Shown: one piece after another, positions 1-9,182 of the stretch
Numbering within the stretch: the stretch's first letter is position 1
Layout: each line of letters opens with the position of its first letter
NCBI GenBank assembly: GCA_937891765.1
Contig: CALAGQ010000001.1
Span: forward strand, 14,864 to 78,863
Direction of reading: 5' to 3'
Source: an uncultured Nitrospina sp.
GTDB taxonomy: Bacteria > Nitrospinota > Nitrospinia > Nitrospinales > VA-1
Length of the DNA: 64,000 bases
Notes under the pieces: generated by a model
The model's database searches: none
What the model saw: only the letters and a program-made list of their open reading frames with translations
What the model was told of the DNA's origin: nothing
Program-made: the position numbers and the translations under genes

Positions 1-549
1 GGTGTTTTTATCGGTGTGGTGGAATGGTTTGTCCTGGCCCTTGATCTGAAGTTGTGTGTCTTCATCATAACTGAAGCTGTTGGCATCGTGGACGGTGATC
101 TTCAGGTCATAACGAATGGTTTTGAATTCCCGATCAAGAAACTGGTTGGAGCAAATGCCGTATGTTGCTGATCCCACCTCGGCGGATAATTGGAATTCTT
201 TCGCATCCGGTTCCACCGTACCGCCTGCGATCACAGTCACTCCACGCGGTACGATGAAACATCGCAGTACCTGTTTTTCTGCCGGGTCCCAAAGCCAGTA
301 TCCCAACTCTTCGTGAAAAGGATTTTCCCCATCCAACCGCCATGCCGTGGTCGAATACCTGAGTCCGTATAGAGTCTGCGAGTGGTTATTGACCGGATCA
401 AAAGGTTCCAGCACCAGCCGTTCGCGATATTTATTGTTCTCGATTTCCCGAGGGTTTTCGTCGGGGGCGATATCGTCCCCCTTGTCGCCTTCCCAAATAC
501 CTGCCAGTGGGGCCAGAGGCCCAAGGTTTGCTATCAGTTCTTCACTCAT
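1..549 (-). CDS. lipocalin-like heme-binding beta-barrel (DUF1794/nitrobindin-type) protein, partial (C-terminus lies beyond window start)
   Basis: Absent from the ORF track because there is no stop inside the window. My reverse-complement translation from the ATG at 549-547 reads MSEELIANLGPLAPLAGIWEGDKGDDIAPDENPREIENNKYRERLVLEPFDPVNNHSQTLYGLRYSTTAWRLDGENPFHEELGYWLWDPAEKQVLRCFIVPRG and stays open to position 1. The LxPLxxLxGxWxG start and the GYWLWD block recall DUF1794; the family call is from memory. Confidence 0.5.
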   Translation of the reverse strand, partial: MSEELIANLGPLAPLAGIWEGDKGDDIAPDENPREIENNKYRERLVLEPFDPVNNHSQTLYGLRYSTTAWRLDGENPFHEELGYWLWDPAEKQVLRCFIVPRGVTVIAGGTVEPDAKEFQLSAEVGSATYGICSNQFLDREFKTIRYDLKITVHDANSFSYDEDTQLQIKGQDKPFHHTDKNT

Positions 550-699
550 GATGGTTCCTCTATTTTAGCGGGGTTGATTTAAATGTGATTAATAATCACA
601 ATTTTTGCTGATGAAATCAATGCAAGAATCCTGATTTGAAATAAGGGAATAAAGGATGATAGGTTATAGTCCCGCTAATTCGAAACTGGAGAAAGTGAA

Positions 700-2313
700 A
701 TGAAAAAGGTAGTGATTGCCGACTGGAGTAGTCTGAAAGATCGTGAACCTTCTTATGCTTTGGTGGCGAACGTGGACTTGGTCGTTGTTCGTTACGATGA
801 CGAGGTGTCGGTTTTATACGGGCGATGTCTTCATCGTGGCGCGTTGTTGGCGGATGGACATATCCAGGGCCAAAATATCATGTGCGGCGTTCATTCCTGG
901 GATTTTAAATACGAAACCGGTGTCAGTGAATATGACAATAAGGAAAGACTCGCCAAGTTTTCAGCTTGGGTCGAGGATGGCCATGTGCTGGTGGATGAAA
1001 CGGAAATTTTTGAATGGGAGAAAGAACACCCGCAGCCCTATCAACGCGACAATTATCTGGGACTGTATGCAGACACACATGGGACAGATGATGAGCCTTA
1101 TACCGGTTATATTCAGAAACTGGCAAGAGAGGGTTTGGCGAAACTAGGACATCACGGCCGTATTGGTGCGATGGGCGTTCCCCGGCACGAGCTTCCAAAA
1201 TGGGAGGACATCCAGTTCGTCACGGCACAACTGGCGACCATGCCTTTGTTGGATGATGAACCGGTCGGCACAGAAACTGTGATCGGTCCCGGCGCACAAA
1301 AACCGCTAAAACTGGATATTCCTTTATTTGTTTCTGATATGAGTTTCGGGGCGCTTTCCGAAGAATCCAAAATCGCCTTGGCAATGGGTGCGGAAATGGC
1401 GGGAACCGGTATCTGCAGCGGGGAAGGTGGAATGCTCCCCGAAGAGCAAGCGGCCAACAGCAGATATTTCTACGAACTTGCCTCCGGTCGATTCGGATAT
1501 TCGATGGATAAAGTCAAACAATGTCAGGCGTTTCATTTTAAAGGGGGGCAGGGTGCCAAGACCGGCACCGGCGGTCACTTGCCCGGACAGAAAGTGAAGG
1601 GCAAAATCGCTGAGGTGCGTGGATTGAAAGAAGGGCAAGACTCAATTTCTCCACCGCGTTTTCCCGACTGGACAGATATCAAACCGATTAAGGAATTTGC
1701 CGACCAGGTTCGCGAGGCAACGGGCGGAATTCCTATCGGATACAAACTCTCCGCTCAACATATCGAAAAAGATATTGACGCGGCATTGGAGGTGGGAGTC
1801 GATTACATCATCCTCGATGGACGTGGTGGCGGAACGGGAGCTGCGCCGCTTCTTTTTCGCGACAATATTTCCGTGCCCACCATTCCGGCTCTGGCGAGAG
1901 CAAGGCGGCATCTCGATAGTCTGGATCGAAAAGACGTGACTTTAATCATCACGGGTGGATTAAGAATCCCCGCCGACTTCGCCAAGGCTCTTGCTTTAGG
2001 AGCAGACGCGATTGCCCTGTCCAACTCGGCCTTGCAGGCCATCGGTTGTATTGGAATGCGAGCCTGCAATACTAATAACTGTCCCGTTGGTATCGCCACC
2101 CAGAAAGATCATTTGAGGCAAAGGTTGGTCGTTGAAGAATCTGCCAAGCGTCTCAAAAACTTTTTTCAGGCGTCCGTTGAATTGGTAGAAGTGATGGCGA
2201 GAGCTTGTGGTCATAGACATATCAATGAACTTGAACTCAATGACCTGACGACCTGGAACCGGAGTATGGCCGACCTGTCGGGGGTTTCTTATGGTGGTGT
2301 GAGCAATACCTGA
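700..2313 (+). CDS. Rieske [2Fe-2S] domain fused to a glutamate-synthase-like FMN/Fe-S oxidoreductase domain
   Basis: 537-aa ORF. The N-terminus has Rieske ligand boxes CLHRG and CGVHSW. The rest has GltB central-domain-like blocks (SGEGG, KGGQGAKTGTGGHLPG, ILDGRGGGTGAAP, CNTNNCPVGIATQ). A GGAG Shine-Dalgarno lies about 9 nt upstream of the ATG. Confidence 0.8.
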   Translation: MKKVVIADWSSLKDREPSYALVANVDLVVVRYDDEVSVLYGRCLHRGALLADGHIQGQNIMCGVHSWDFKYETGVSEYDNKERLAKFSAWVEDGHVLVDETEIFEWEKEHPQPYQRDNYLGLYADTHGTDDEPYTGYIQKLAREGLAKLGHHGRIGAMGVPRHELPKWEDIQFVTAQLATMPLLDDEPVGTETVIGPGAQKPLKLDIPLFVSDMSFGALSEESKIALAMGAEMAGTGICSGEGGMLPEEQAANSRYFYELASGRFGYSMDKVKQCQAFHFKGGQGAKTGTGGHLPGQKVKGKIAEVRGLKEGQDSISPPRFPDWTDIKPIKEFADQVREATGGIPIGYKLSAQHIEKDIDAALEVGVDYIILDGRGGGTGAAPLLFRDNISVPTIPALARARRHLDSLDRKDVTLIITGGLRIPADFAKALALGADAIALSNSALQAIGCIGMRACNTNNCPVGIATQKDHLRQRLVVEESAKRLKNFFQASVELVEVMARACGHRHINELELNDLTTWNRSMADLSGVSYGGVSNT

Positions 2314-2326
2314 TCGTGCGACGGTG

Positions 2327-2689
2327 CTATTTGCGGCTAGTGGATTTTTCATTTCCAACGGGCGCGACAATGATCACCCCGCGCATGATGGCCGGGTGCA
2401 GTGCACAGAAATAATCGTAGAAACCTGCCTTGTCGAAGGTGAACTCAAACTCTTTTTTGACAAACGGGGCGTTGAACTTGTCATCCGGCATGGGAGCTTT
2501 TCCACTCGTCACCGCATGCAGAAGTTCTTCCGTGTTGACCCACCGTGCCGTATCGCCTTTCCTGATTTCCAGTACCGCAGGAATGAACGTCGATTTGATG
2601 ATTTTCACTTCCACCATTTCCGCCTAGCCTTGTTGCGTCCCGAGAAGAAGAGATAAAATAATGCCAGTGAAGCGCAGAACTTTTTTCAT
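2327..2689 (-). pseudogene. plastocyanin/amicyanin-family cupredoxin; signal peptide and mature domain separated by an in-frame TAG
   Basis: The track ORF 2327-2617 encodes a cupredoxin with Cu ligands (H in LLHAVTSG; C, H and M in FCALHPAIM). In the same frame upstream, ATG at 2689 gives MKKVLRFTGIILSLLLGTQQG, then TAG at 2626-2624, then AE-MVEVKI. The ATG at 2689 overlaps the upstream gene's stop as ATGA. Confidence 0.55.
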
Positions 2690-3045
2690 TGCGGACCTCC
2701 GGTATCGGGCGGATTGGCGGCGCAACGAAATCCAATATTATAGTGTTTCAACGTTGGCGGGTACCAGTAGCGCGAGGCGGATTGTAGAAAAAAAGCTTCA
2801 TCTTCAAAAGAGCCGCCGCGAAGAATGAAAAATTGCCCAGTCGTCGGTCCTAACGGATTGTCCTCCGGTTCCTCGACGATGAATTCTTCGCTCCCCATAA
2901 TGAAGCAGTTGGCTTCGATCCGTATCATATCCGCGATGCTTGAAGTTTGTGCTTGCATCGGAGTCGAAACGGCAAGGAAGAATAAAATGGAAAACCATCC
3001 CATGCGCTTTTTGAAGATGTGATTTTGAAGTGAGGCCAGTTTCAT
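2686..3045 (-). CDS. short secreted FGE-sulfatase (SUMF1) family domain protein, apparently lacking the central part of the domain
   Basis: 119 aa. It has a hydrophobic signal-like N-terminus (WFSILFFLAVSTPMQA), an N-terminal FGE block (IRIEANCFIMGSEE) and a C-terminal block (LRGGSF...SASRYWYPP...IGFRCA). Only about 40 aa lie between the two blocks. Confidence 0.45.
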   Translation of the reverse strand: MKLASLQNHIFKKRMGWFSILFFLAVSTPMQAQTSSIADMIRIEANCFIMGSEEFIVEEPEDNPLGPTTGQFFILRGGSFEDEAFFLQSASRYWYPPTLKHYNIGFRCAANPPDTGGPQ

Positions 3046-3118
3046 AATGTCTTTTTCAAGTGTGACAATCCGCGCTGCCTGTTCGCCCGTAGAAATTACA
3101 CTGAAATTGGTTTAGTAA

Positions 3119-3733
3119 TCAGTGGGTAAGAAAATTTTTAACAACTTCTTTAGCACCCTTTAAAATTGATACCCCATCTCCAACTAGCAAGGCCTCAAAT
3201 TCATAATCCATCAGTTGATTCAAGCCGGCCTTGGCTTTCGCGGGGTCCTGATATTTGTCAGGAGGCAACATATTTACCGTGCCTGGAACCTTGCCGATTA
3301 AAGCATCTCCGAGAATCATAATTTGTTGATCTTTTATATAAAAAGCCGTTTCGCCTGGGGACTTTTGATGTTCTAATTGAATCGCCTGAATGCCGCAGAA
3401 CAAAACATCCCCTCCTTTAAAGGTTCTGTCTGTAGGTGTCTCTAACCCTTCCTTGTCCCGCGCATTCACCCAAACTGGGACAGAGAATCGATTTTTTAAT
3501 AAATTGCTGGTTCTTTCATGGTGAACATTGGTCAACAATATTCCTTTTATGGGGCAGGATAAATGGCTATCAATTAGGTTCATTAATTCTGCCTCACCAT
3601 CTTTCCCTAAGCTAGGAGGGTCTATAATAACGGACTCGCCATTTCCAATTATCAGGAAACCATTAAAATCCAGTTGTTTTTCTTCGGAGTATTCGCTCCA
3701 GCTATATAAATCAGGCAGAATTTCTTTGATCAT
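3119..3733 (-). CDS. MBL-fold (metallo-beta-lactamase superfamily) protein with a degenerate metal motif
   Basis: 204 aa. The layout is MBL-like (VIIDPP..., LLTNVHHERTS in place of HxHxDH, later GDAL and VGDG). Its start overlaps the upstream DUF932 gene's stop as ATGA. Confidence 0.45.
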   Translation of the reverse strand: MIKEILPDLYSWSEYSEEKQLDFNGFLIIGNGESVIIDPPSLGKDGEAELMNLIDSHLSCPIKGILLTNVHHERTSNLLKNRFSVPVWVNARDKEGLETPTDRTFKGGDVLFCGIQAIQLEHQKSPGETAFYIKDQQIMILGDALIGKVPGTVNMLPPDKYQDPAKAKAGLNQLMDYEFEALLVGDGVSILKGAKEVVKNFLTH

Positions 3734-4617
3734 AATGCCAATGCCAGTTCGAGGGCTCGTGTCTTGAGTTTAGCGTTAGAGCCAAACCAAGCCTGCCGCA
3801 GGCGGGAGTCCTGACTATTTCCGAGATGATGGTCGATAGTGTGGGTCACAGCGTTTAGCAAGCTCCATGCTGTCATATTGGCGGGTTGCTGCTCCGATGC
3901 ATGGGAGAGGGTCTCTATCGCCCGCTTGGTGTTCTTCTCCGCGAGTTCTTCCACTTCTTTCTCCCCAATGGTGGAAACATTCTTAATGGTTTCCGGCTGG
4001 AAGACATTAAACATAAATCTCCATGCTGTCGGTTCATCCACATTTTTATCTGTCAGGCGTTGAGCATCTGCGGCAAAAGCAGAAATCGCTTCGCGCCCCA
4101 TACCGGTGATGGCGATGGTTTTTTTTATCATGTCATCGTCAAATTTTTGTGGCTTCTGGTTTATGAATGGGAAGGCGGGGTTAAACGTTCGTCTGAAAAT
4201 ATTTTTAATATGAGATTTCGCTTTCGAGGCGATTTGTAGCATATTGCAACCATTCTCCCGTACGGCGATGAACTGGATCTCAATTTTTTCCCGACTTTCA
4301 TCGCGAGATGCCAGCAGGACATAGCTTGTCACCTTGTCCTCTCCTCCCAAAATAAAGTCTTCGTTTAATCGAGCTAGAGCCCAAAGAATTCTCGCGCCAT
4401 CGAGACTGCCGATGGTTTCGATGTCGGCCTCACCCGCTTCGAAAAATCCCTTAAAGAATCTTAGGGTCTCTTGATTGCCATAAGACTTGGGCCGTTGAGA
4501 AGGAATTTTAGAAACCTCCCAATCGAGTTTGGCCTTGTATAACATTTCCCGGCTGGAGAAATTAGCTTCGACTGCCACGCCAATTCCGTGCCAGGGTTTT
4601 TGGTTTATTGTGTTCAT
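3730..4617 (-). CDS. DUF932 family protein (family usually seen on phages, plasmids and ICEs)
   Basis: 295 aa. The N-terminal PWHGIGV...AKLDWEVSK and C-terminal LNAVTHTIDHH...AWFGSNAKLKTRALELAL blocks match my recollection of DUF932. Confidence 0.55.
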   Translation of the reverse strand: MNTINQKPWHGIGVAVEANFSSREMLYKAKLDWEVSKIPSQRPKSYGNQETLRFFKGFFEAGEADIETIGSLDGARILWALARLNEDFILGGEDKVTSYVLLASRDESREKIEIQFIAVRENGCNMLQIASKAKSHIKNIFRRTFNPAFPFINQKPQKFDDDMIKKTIAITGMGREAISAFAADAQRLTDKNVDEPTAWRFMFNVFQPETIKNVSTIGEKEVEELAEKNTKRAIETLSHASEQQPANMTAWSLLNAVTHTIDHHLGNSQDSRLRQAWFGSNAKLKTRALELALAL

Positions 4618-4678
4618 TTTAATAGTTCAGAAAAATATGCGTGAATATTGATAAATGTGGATTCCAATGATATCAGCT

Positions 4679-5464
4679 TTACTTGCTTAAAACACTTTTT
4701 CGGGCTCTTTGAATCAATGCGTCAACGATCAAATTATGATGGCTGAGGCAGGGGGCTTTGAGAAATTCGGTATCCGGGTATTTTTTCTGAAAAGTGTCGG
4801 CAAGGGCATGCACGCGTTTGACCCAGACTCCGGTAAACAAAAAAAAGGGAAATAGTATGACACGGCGAAATTCTTGTGGCTTGAATTTTTCGTCTTCCAG
4901 TGAATATTGCGAGGTCCCGGCAAAGCAGATAACAGTTTTGCTGAATCCCAGCTCTTCCCCCAGCCATGAAAGTTTTTTTTCGACTTGTGCGTTGAAGTCT
5001 TTGTCGCGGCTTCCATGGCCAACGATCATTAGCAAGGTCTCTGCCCGGGGAATGGATTTTGAGGAAAGTTTTTCGCCTTCCTCGATGCGTCCTTGGCAGA
5101 CTTCCATGACCTCAGGTTGCATTGCCAGAGGCTCTGAAAAAATCAGATTGATCTCCGGATGATCCCGGAATGCTTCGCCGATAGTCTTCGGGATATCTTT
5201 TTGCGTATGTTCGCCGGAAAATAAAATGCCAGGTATTACAATAATGTTCTTAATGCTGTTTTGATGGCAAGCGGACAAAGCTTCGGTGGCTGTGGGTTTG
5301 GCAAAATCCAAAAAACCGCCCTCGGTGATGTGGCAGAAGTTTCTTTCGCGCAGTTTTTGCCACAAGGTCAGGAACTGCTGATTGCCTTCCGGGTCCCGAC
5401 TGCCATGCCCTAGAAGGCAGAGGGCGTAGGAGTCGGGGAGTTTATCATCCGTAAAAATAGCCAT
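4679..5464 (-). CDS. cbiX: two-domain sirohydrochlorin chelatase (CbiX/SirB family)
   Basis: 261 aa with a duplicated chelatase signature: LLGHGSRDPEGN in the N-terminal half and MIVGHGSRDKDFN in the C-terminal half. Confidence 0.7.
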   Translation of the reverse strand: MAIFTDDKLPDSYALCLLGHGSRDPEGNQQFLTLWQKLRERNFCHITEGGFLDFAKPTATEALSACHQNSIKNIIVIPGILFSGEHTQKDIPKTIGEAFRDHPEINLIFSEPLAMQPEVMEVCQGRIEEGEKLSSKSIPRAETLLMIVGHGSRDKDFNAQVEKKLSWLGEELGFSKTVICFAGTSQYSLEDEKFKPQEFRRVILFPFFLFTGVWVKRVHALADTFQKKYPDTEFLKAPCLSHHNLIVDALIQRARKSVLSK

Positions 5465-5541
5465 GCGAGATTGCTTATCCGGTAGAATAAAGGTTCTTTA
5501 TATAATAACCGAGCCCATGAATAAAAAGTGAAAGGAATCTC

Positions 5542-6330
5542 ATGACTCCATTCTGGCCTTTGCCTGAAAATGACCCTTGGTCCACCCCTTTTGCACAATT
5601 GTTGATGCATAAACTGCAGTTGCAACCGGGAGACTCGGTGCTGGACATCGCCGCCGGGGGAGGGGTCCCGGCATTTCATCTGGCGGAACAGGTGGGGCCT
5701 GAAGGAAGCGTTCTGGCTATTGACATCCATCAGGCTCAGGTACTTCGTTCTCGATCGATTCAAGGCCAGCATTTGCCTTGGTTGCAGTTTGAGGTGGGGG
5801 ATATGCGTTTTTTGCCACCGACGCTCCCCAGTTTTGATCGCATTACCGGCAACCTTTCTTTCATGTTTTTTCGCCCGAATCGTTTTGAAGCCCTCAGCAA
5901 TCTGATCCGATTCTTAAAACCGGGTGGACAAATTGTGCTGACGTTTCCCTCGCTGGGAACGTTCGACTCTTTATGGGACCTCGTCGACGCGGAGATGAAG
6001 CGAAGAAACCTGATAAAAGAACGAAAGGCATTGATTGAGTATCTGGAGGAACGTCCTTCCGCCAATCAGGCAAAGCAGTGGCTGGAGGAACTGGATCTGG
6101 AACAGGTCGAGGTGACAGAATGGCCGTTGGAAATTTTTACCCGCTCGGGTCGGGATTTCCTTGAGCATCCGCTTTTGCGCGGTGGATTTCTGGATGATGT
6201 TTACGAATGTTTTGAAGATCAGAGTCTGGCGCATGAATTTATGGATGATATCTCTCGAGATACCAGTAGTTTCACTCCCTTGTTGGCGCAAAGATGTGCG
6301 ATGTCCGGTTTTGTTCCTGCCCAAAAATAA
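5542..6330 (+). CDS. class I SAM-dependent methyltransferase
   Basis: 262 aa. SAM motif I is VLDIAAGGG, followed by an acidic loop (LAIDI) and a motif-post-I-like LKPGG. Confidence 0.7.
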   Translation: MTPFWPLPENDPWSTPFAQLLMHKLQLQPGDSVLDIAAGGGVPAFHLAEQVGPEGSVLAIDIHQAQVLRSRSIQGQHLPWLQFEVGDMRFLPPTLPSFDRITGNLSFMFFRPNRFEALSNLIRFLKPGGQIVLTFPSLGTFDSLWDLVDAEMKRRNLIKERKALIEYLEERPSANQAKQWLEELDLEQVEVTEWPLEIFTRSGRDFLEHPLLRGGFLDDVYECFEDQSLAHEFMDDISRDTSSFTPLLAQRCAMSGFVPAQK

Positions 6331-6380
6331 CGCAGTCCAAAAAGAGCCCGATTTTTTACGCATTAATGGTAGGATCGTGT

Positions 6381-6719
6381 ATGGATGATGAAGGTAGAGC
6401 GAAACTTAAAAAGAAAATCGTTGACGAGATTGAGGTGCAAAAGCACTTGATAGAAACTTTCACCACAACCTCCAAGCCGGTTGCTCCAGACAATGCCATA
6501 GGCCGTCTCACCCGAATGGAGGCGATCAGCAGTCAGGGCATTAGTGAGGCTTCGTTGGCTTCGTCGAAGGCGAAACTGTACAAGCTTGAAAAAGCCCTGA
6601 GCAAGGTGGACTTGCCGGATTTTGGAATCTGCGCCCGTTGTGCCAACCCGATTCCAGAAGGCCGCATCATGCTCATGCCGGAAAATGTTCTGTGCGTATC
6701 CTGCGCGGAAAAAAATTAG
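6381..6719 (+). CDS. DksA/TraR-family C4 zinc-finger protein
   Basis: The C-terminal CARCANPIPEGRIMLMPENVLCVSC is a CxxC-x17-CxxC finger preceded by a coiled-coil-like region. The track ORF starts at 6294 and overlaps the previous gene. I prefer ATG 6381 (AGGA upstream); ATG 6366 is also possible. Confidence 0.7.
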   Translation: MDDEGRAKLKKKIVDEIEVQKHLIETFTTTSKPVAPDNAIGRLTRMEAISSQGISEASLASSKAKLYKLEKALSKVDLPDFGICARCANPIPEGRIMLMPENVLCVSCAEKN

Positions 6720-6749
6720 CCACCCATCATTGCGAACAGGATCACTGTA

Positions 6750-7799
6750 TTGACTCAACAGGCCCATGAAAATTTTCAGCAGGAGGATTTCCAGATAGGC
6801 AGGGTAAGAGAGTTGGTGAAAGATCTCTTTCTGCCTAACCCCATTATTTACTGGTTGGATTTTTTATCTAGCGCCATTCTGGGGTGGGGCGCTTTTGTTC
6901 TTGCCCTCATGGCTCCGGTTTTTTCTTCCCGGCAAATATTTTTTGTGGCTCTTTCATGTCTGGCTTTGTATCGCGCGGTTTTATTCATCCATGAAATTGT
7001 TCATTTCAAAAAGGGCGCCTTCAAGGTATTTCGTTGGGTCTGGAATATATTTTGCGGTTTTCCTCTTATGGTTCCCGTTTTTCTTTATCAGTCCGTTCAT
7101 TTCGATCACCATAAACAGAATTTTTATGGAACCGAAAAAGATGGGGAATATTTCCCCTTCGCTTTAAAGGGGAGGAAATGGATTGTCATCCATATTCTTT
7201 TTTCTTTTTTGGTCCCGATTATATTTTTGGTGCGATTTTCTGTTTTGACCCCACTGTCTCTGGTCAATAAAAGGCTGAGATCATTTCTGATGGCGAGGAT
7301 GTCGGCGCTGATCATCGACATGGATTATCGGCGTCCAGAGTCTTCCTGGAAGAACACGGAAGATTGGAAAATTCAGGAGTTTTTGGTGTGTCTTTTTGCT
7401 TGGGCATTTCTGGGGGCCATTCTGGCGAAAACTATTCCTGCGATGACCCTGTTCCTGTGGTATTGTGTTGGGGCGTTGATTTTTATGGTTAATTCCATTC
7501 GAACCCTGGGGGCTCACCGCTATCAAAACCCCAAGGAAAATGCGATGAGCTACCCCAGCCAAATGCTGGACTCGGTCAATATCCCTGGCAATAGATGGAT
7601 GACTCCTTTATGGGCGCCGGTGGGTCTTCGCTTTCATGCGACGCATCACCTGTTTCCCGATCTGCCTTATCACGCATTAGGAGAGGCGCATCGACGACTG
7701 ATTCGGGATCAGGGCGAGAACTCCTTATACGGTCAAACCGTTTGCTCGGGATTGCTTCCAACTCTGGGCCAGTTGTGGAAGCATGCTGCCGCTGGCTAA
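6750..7799 (+). CDS. membrane fatty-acid/sphingolipid-type desaturase family protein
   Basis: 349 aa and polytopic. It has three His boxes: HEIVH, HFDHH and HATHH. The start codon is TTG. Confidence 0.75.
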   Translation: MTQQAHENFQQEDFQIGRVRELVKDLFLPNPIIYWLDFLSSAILGWGAFVLALMAPVFSSRQIFFVALSCLALYRAVLFIHEIVHFKKGAFKVFRWVWNIFCGFPLMVPVFLYQSVHFDHHKQNFYGTEKDGEYFPFALKGRKWIVIHILFSFLVPIIFLVRFSVLTPLSLVNKRLRSFLMARMSALIIDMDYRRPESSWKNTEDWKIQEFLVCLFAWAFLGAILAKTIPAMTLFLWYCVGALIFMVNSIRTLGAHRYQNPKENAMSYPSQMLDSVNIPGNRWMTPLWAPVGLRFHATHHLFPDLPYHALGEAHRRLIRDQGENSLYGQTVCSGLLPTLGQLWKHAAAG

Positions 7800-7848
7800 A
7801 ACTATAGATCCTGGTTTAAATTTCTTATAAATTTCTGGTGAGAAACTT

Positions 7849-9180
7849 ATGACAAAACCTTTTACCCTGCTCGATGAACTTGAAAGTGACGATGGAGAAC
7901 CTTCTCATTTAAAGAAAAGTAAAATCACCTCTTTATTGAAGAAGAAGTTTGATTTTGAAAATTCCCACCTGCGCCCCCCCAATAGTAAAGACAAAGGGAT
8001 ACTGGCAAAATGTTTTGGCTATTTTGCCCCAGAGCAGGCCAAGGAACTGGGGATTTATCCGTACTTCAGGGCAATCGAGGAAATTGATGGCTGCCATGTT
8101 GTCATTGACGGCAAGCCCGCCATTTCCATTTCCACCAATAACTATCTCGGATTGGCCCAGGACCCTCGCGTGGTTTCCACGGCTCGAGATGCATTGGAAA
8201 AATTTGGTATTGGTTGTACCGGCAGCCGTTTTCTTAACGGTACTTTCAATCTGCATAAGACCTTGGAAAGTGAGCTTTCCTCTTTCTTGGGCCGAGAAGA
8301 TACCATTGTCATGTCCACTGGGTTCCAGGCCAATCAAGGAACTATTGCCTGTTTGTTGGGAAGAAAGGATGTGGCATTTTCGGATCGTGAAAACCATGCC
8401 AGTATTTACGAAGGGTGTGGCGTGGCACCGGGGAAGACCGTTCGCTATCAGCATAATGATATGGATCATCTGGAATATTATTTGAAAAAATATTCAGATG
8501 TTGAAGGCAAGATAATTATTACCGACAGTATATTCAGTATGAGCGGCGATATTGCCAACCTTCCGGCTATTGTGAAACTCGCGAAAGACTACGGAGCCAA
8601 CGTCATGGTTGATGAAGCTCACGGCCTGGGTGTCATGGGTGAAAGTGGCAGGGGCGTTGCCAGTTACTACAATCTGGAAGACGAAATAGATATTTATATG
8701 GGAACGTTTTCCAAAAGTCTGGGCTCCATCGGCGGATTTATTTCTGCAAAGTCCAAGATCACAGAGTTCATTCGCCATAAAGCCTCGGCATTTATTTTTA
8801 CTGCGGCCCTGCCGCCGGCATCGGTTGCCGGGGTCATTGCGGGTTTGGATATCATGATCAATGAGCCGGAACGCATCGAAAAGTTGCGGGAAAATACTGC
8901 TTATATAAAAAGAGGGTTTTTTGATATGGGCTTTCAGGTGAATAACAATTCTATTCCTATCGTCCCCATAAAAATAGGGGAAGAAGCCCTCACGCTTTAT
9001 TTGAACAGACTCCTTTTTGATGACGGTATTTTTGCCGGGGTTGCGGTTTCTCCAGTTGTTCCACCTCTCAATGCCATGATACGGACCAGCTATACCTCTG
9101 TCCACGACCAAAAGGATCTTGATAAAGTTCTTAGTTCTTTCAGGAAACTGGGAACAAAGCTCGGCATCATCCCCAGATAA
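7849..9180 (+). CDS. PLP-dependent alpha-oxoamine synthase, serine palmitoyltransferase-like
   Basis: 443 aa. Motifs include YPYFR, NNYLGL, GSRFLNGT, DEAHGLG and GTFSKSLGSIGG (PLP lysine). From memory, GSRFLNGT resembles Spt more than BioF or Kbl. Confidence 0.8.
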   Translation: MTKPFTLLDELESDDGEPSHLKKSKITSLLKKKFDFENSHLRPPNSKDKGILAKCFGYFAPEQAKELGIYPYFRAIEEIDGCHVVIDGKPAISISTNNYLGLAQDPRVVSTARDALEKFGIGCTGSRFLNGTFNLHKTLESELSSFLGREDTIVMSTGFQANQGTIACLLGRKDVAFSDRENHASIYEGCGVAPGKTVRYQHNDMDHLEYYLKKYSDVEGKIIITDSIFSMSGDIANLPAIVKLAKDYGANVMVDEAHGLGVMGESGRGVASYYNLEDEIDIYMGTFSKSLGSIGGFISAKSKITEFIRHKASAFIFTAALPPASVAGVIAGLDIMINEPERIEKLRENTAYIKRGFFDMGFQVNNNSIPIVPIKIGEEALTLYLNRLLFDDGIFAGVAVSPVVPPLNAMIRTSYTSVHDQKDLDKVLSSFRKLGTKLGIIPR

Positions 9181-9182
9181 TA

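Noticed and set aside
8494-9111. Long antisense ORFs inside well-supported genes: 8494-9111, 7933-8469, 21633-22235, 41203-41799, 48602-49192, 49828-50298 and 59966-60451.
   Set aside because: Each lies wholly inside a gene with clear family motifs on the other strand. None has recognisable motifs of its own.
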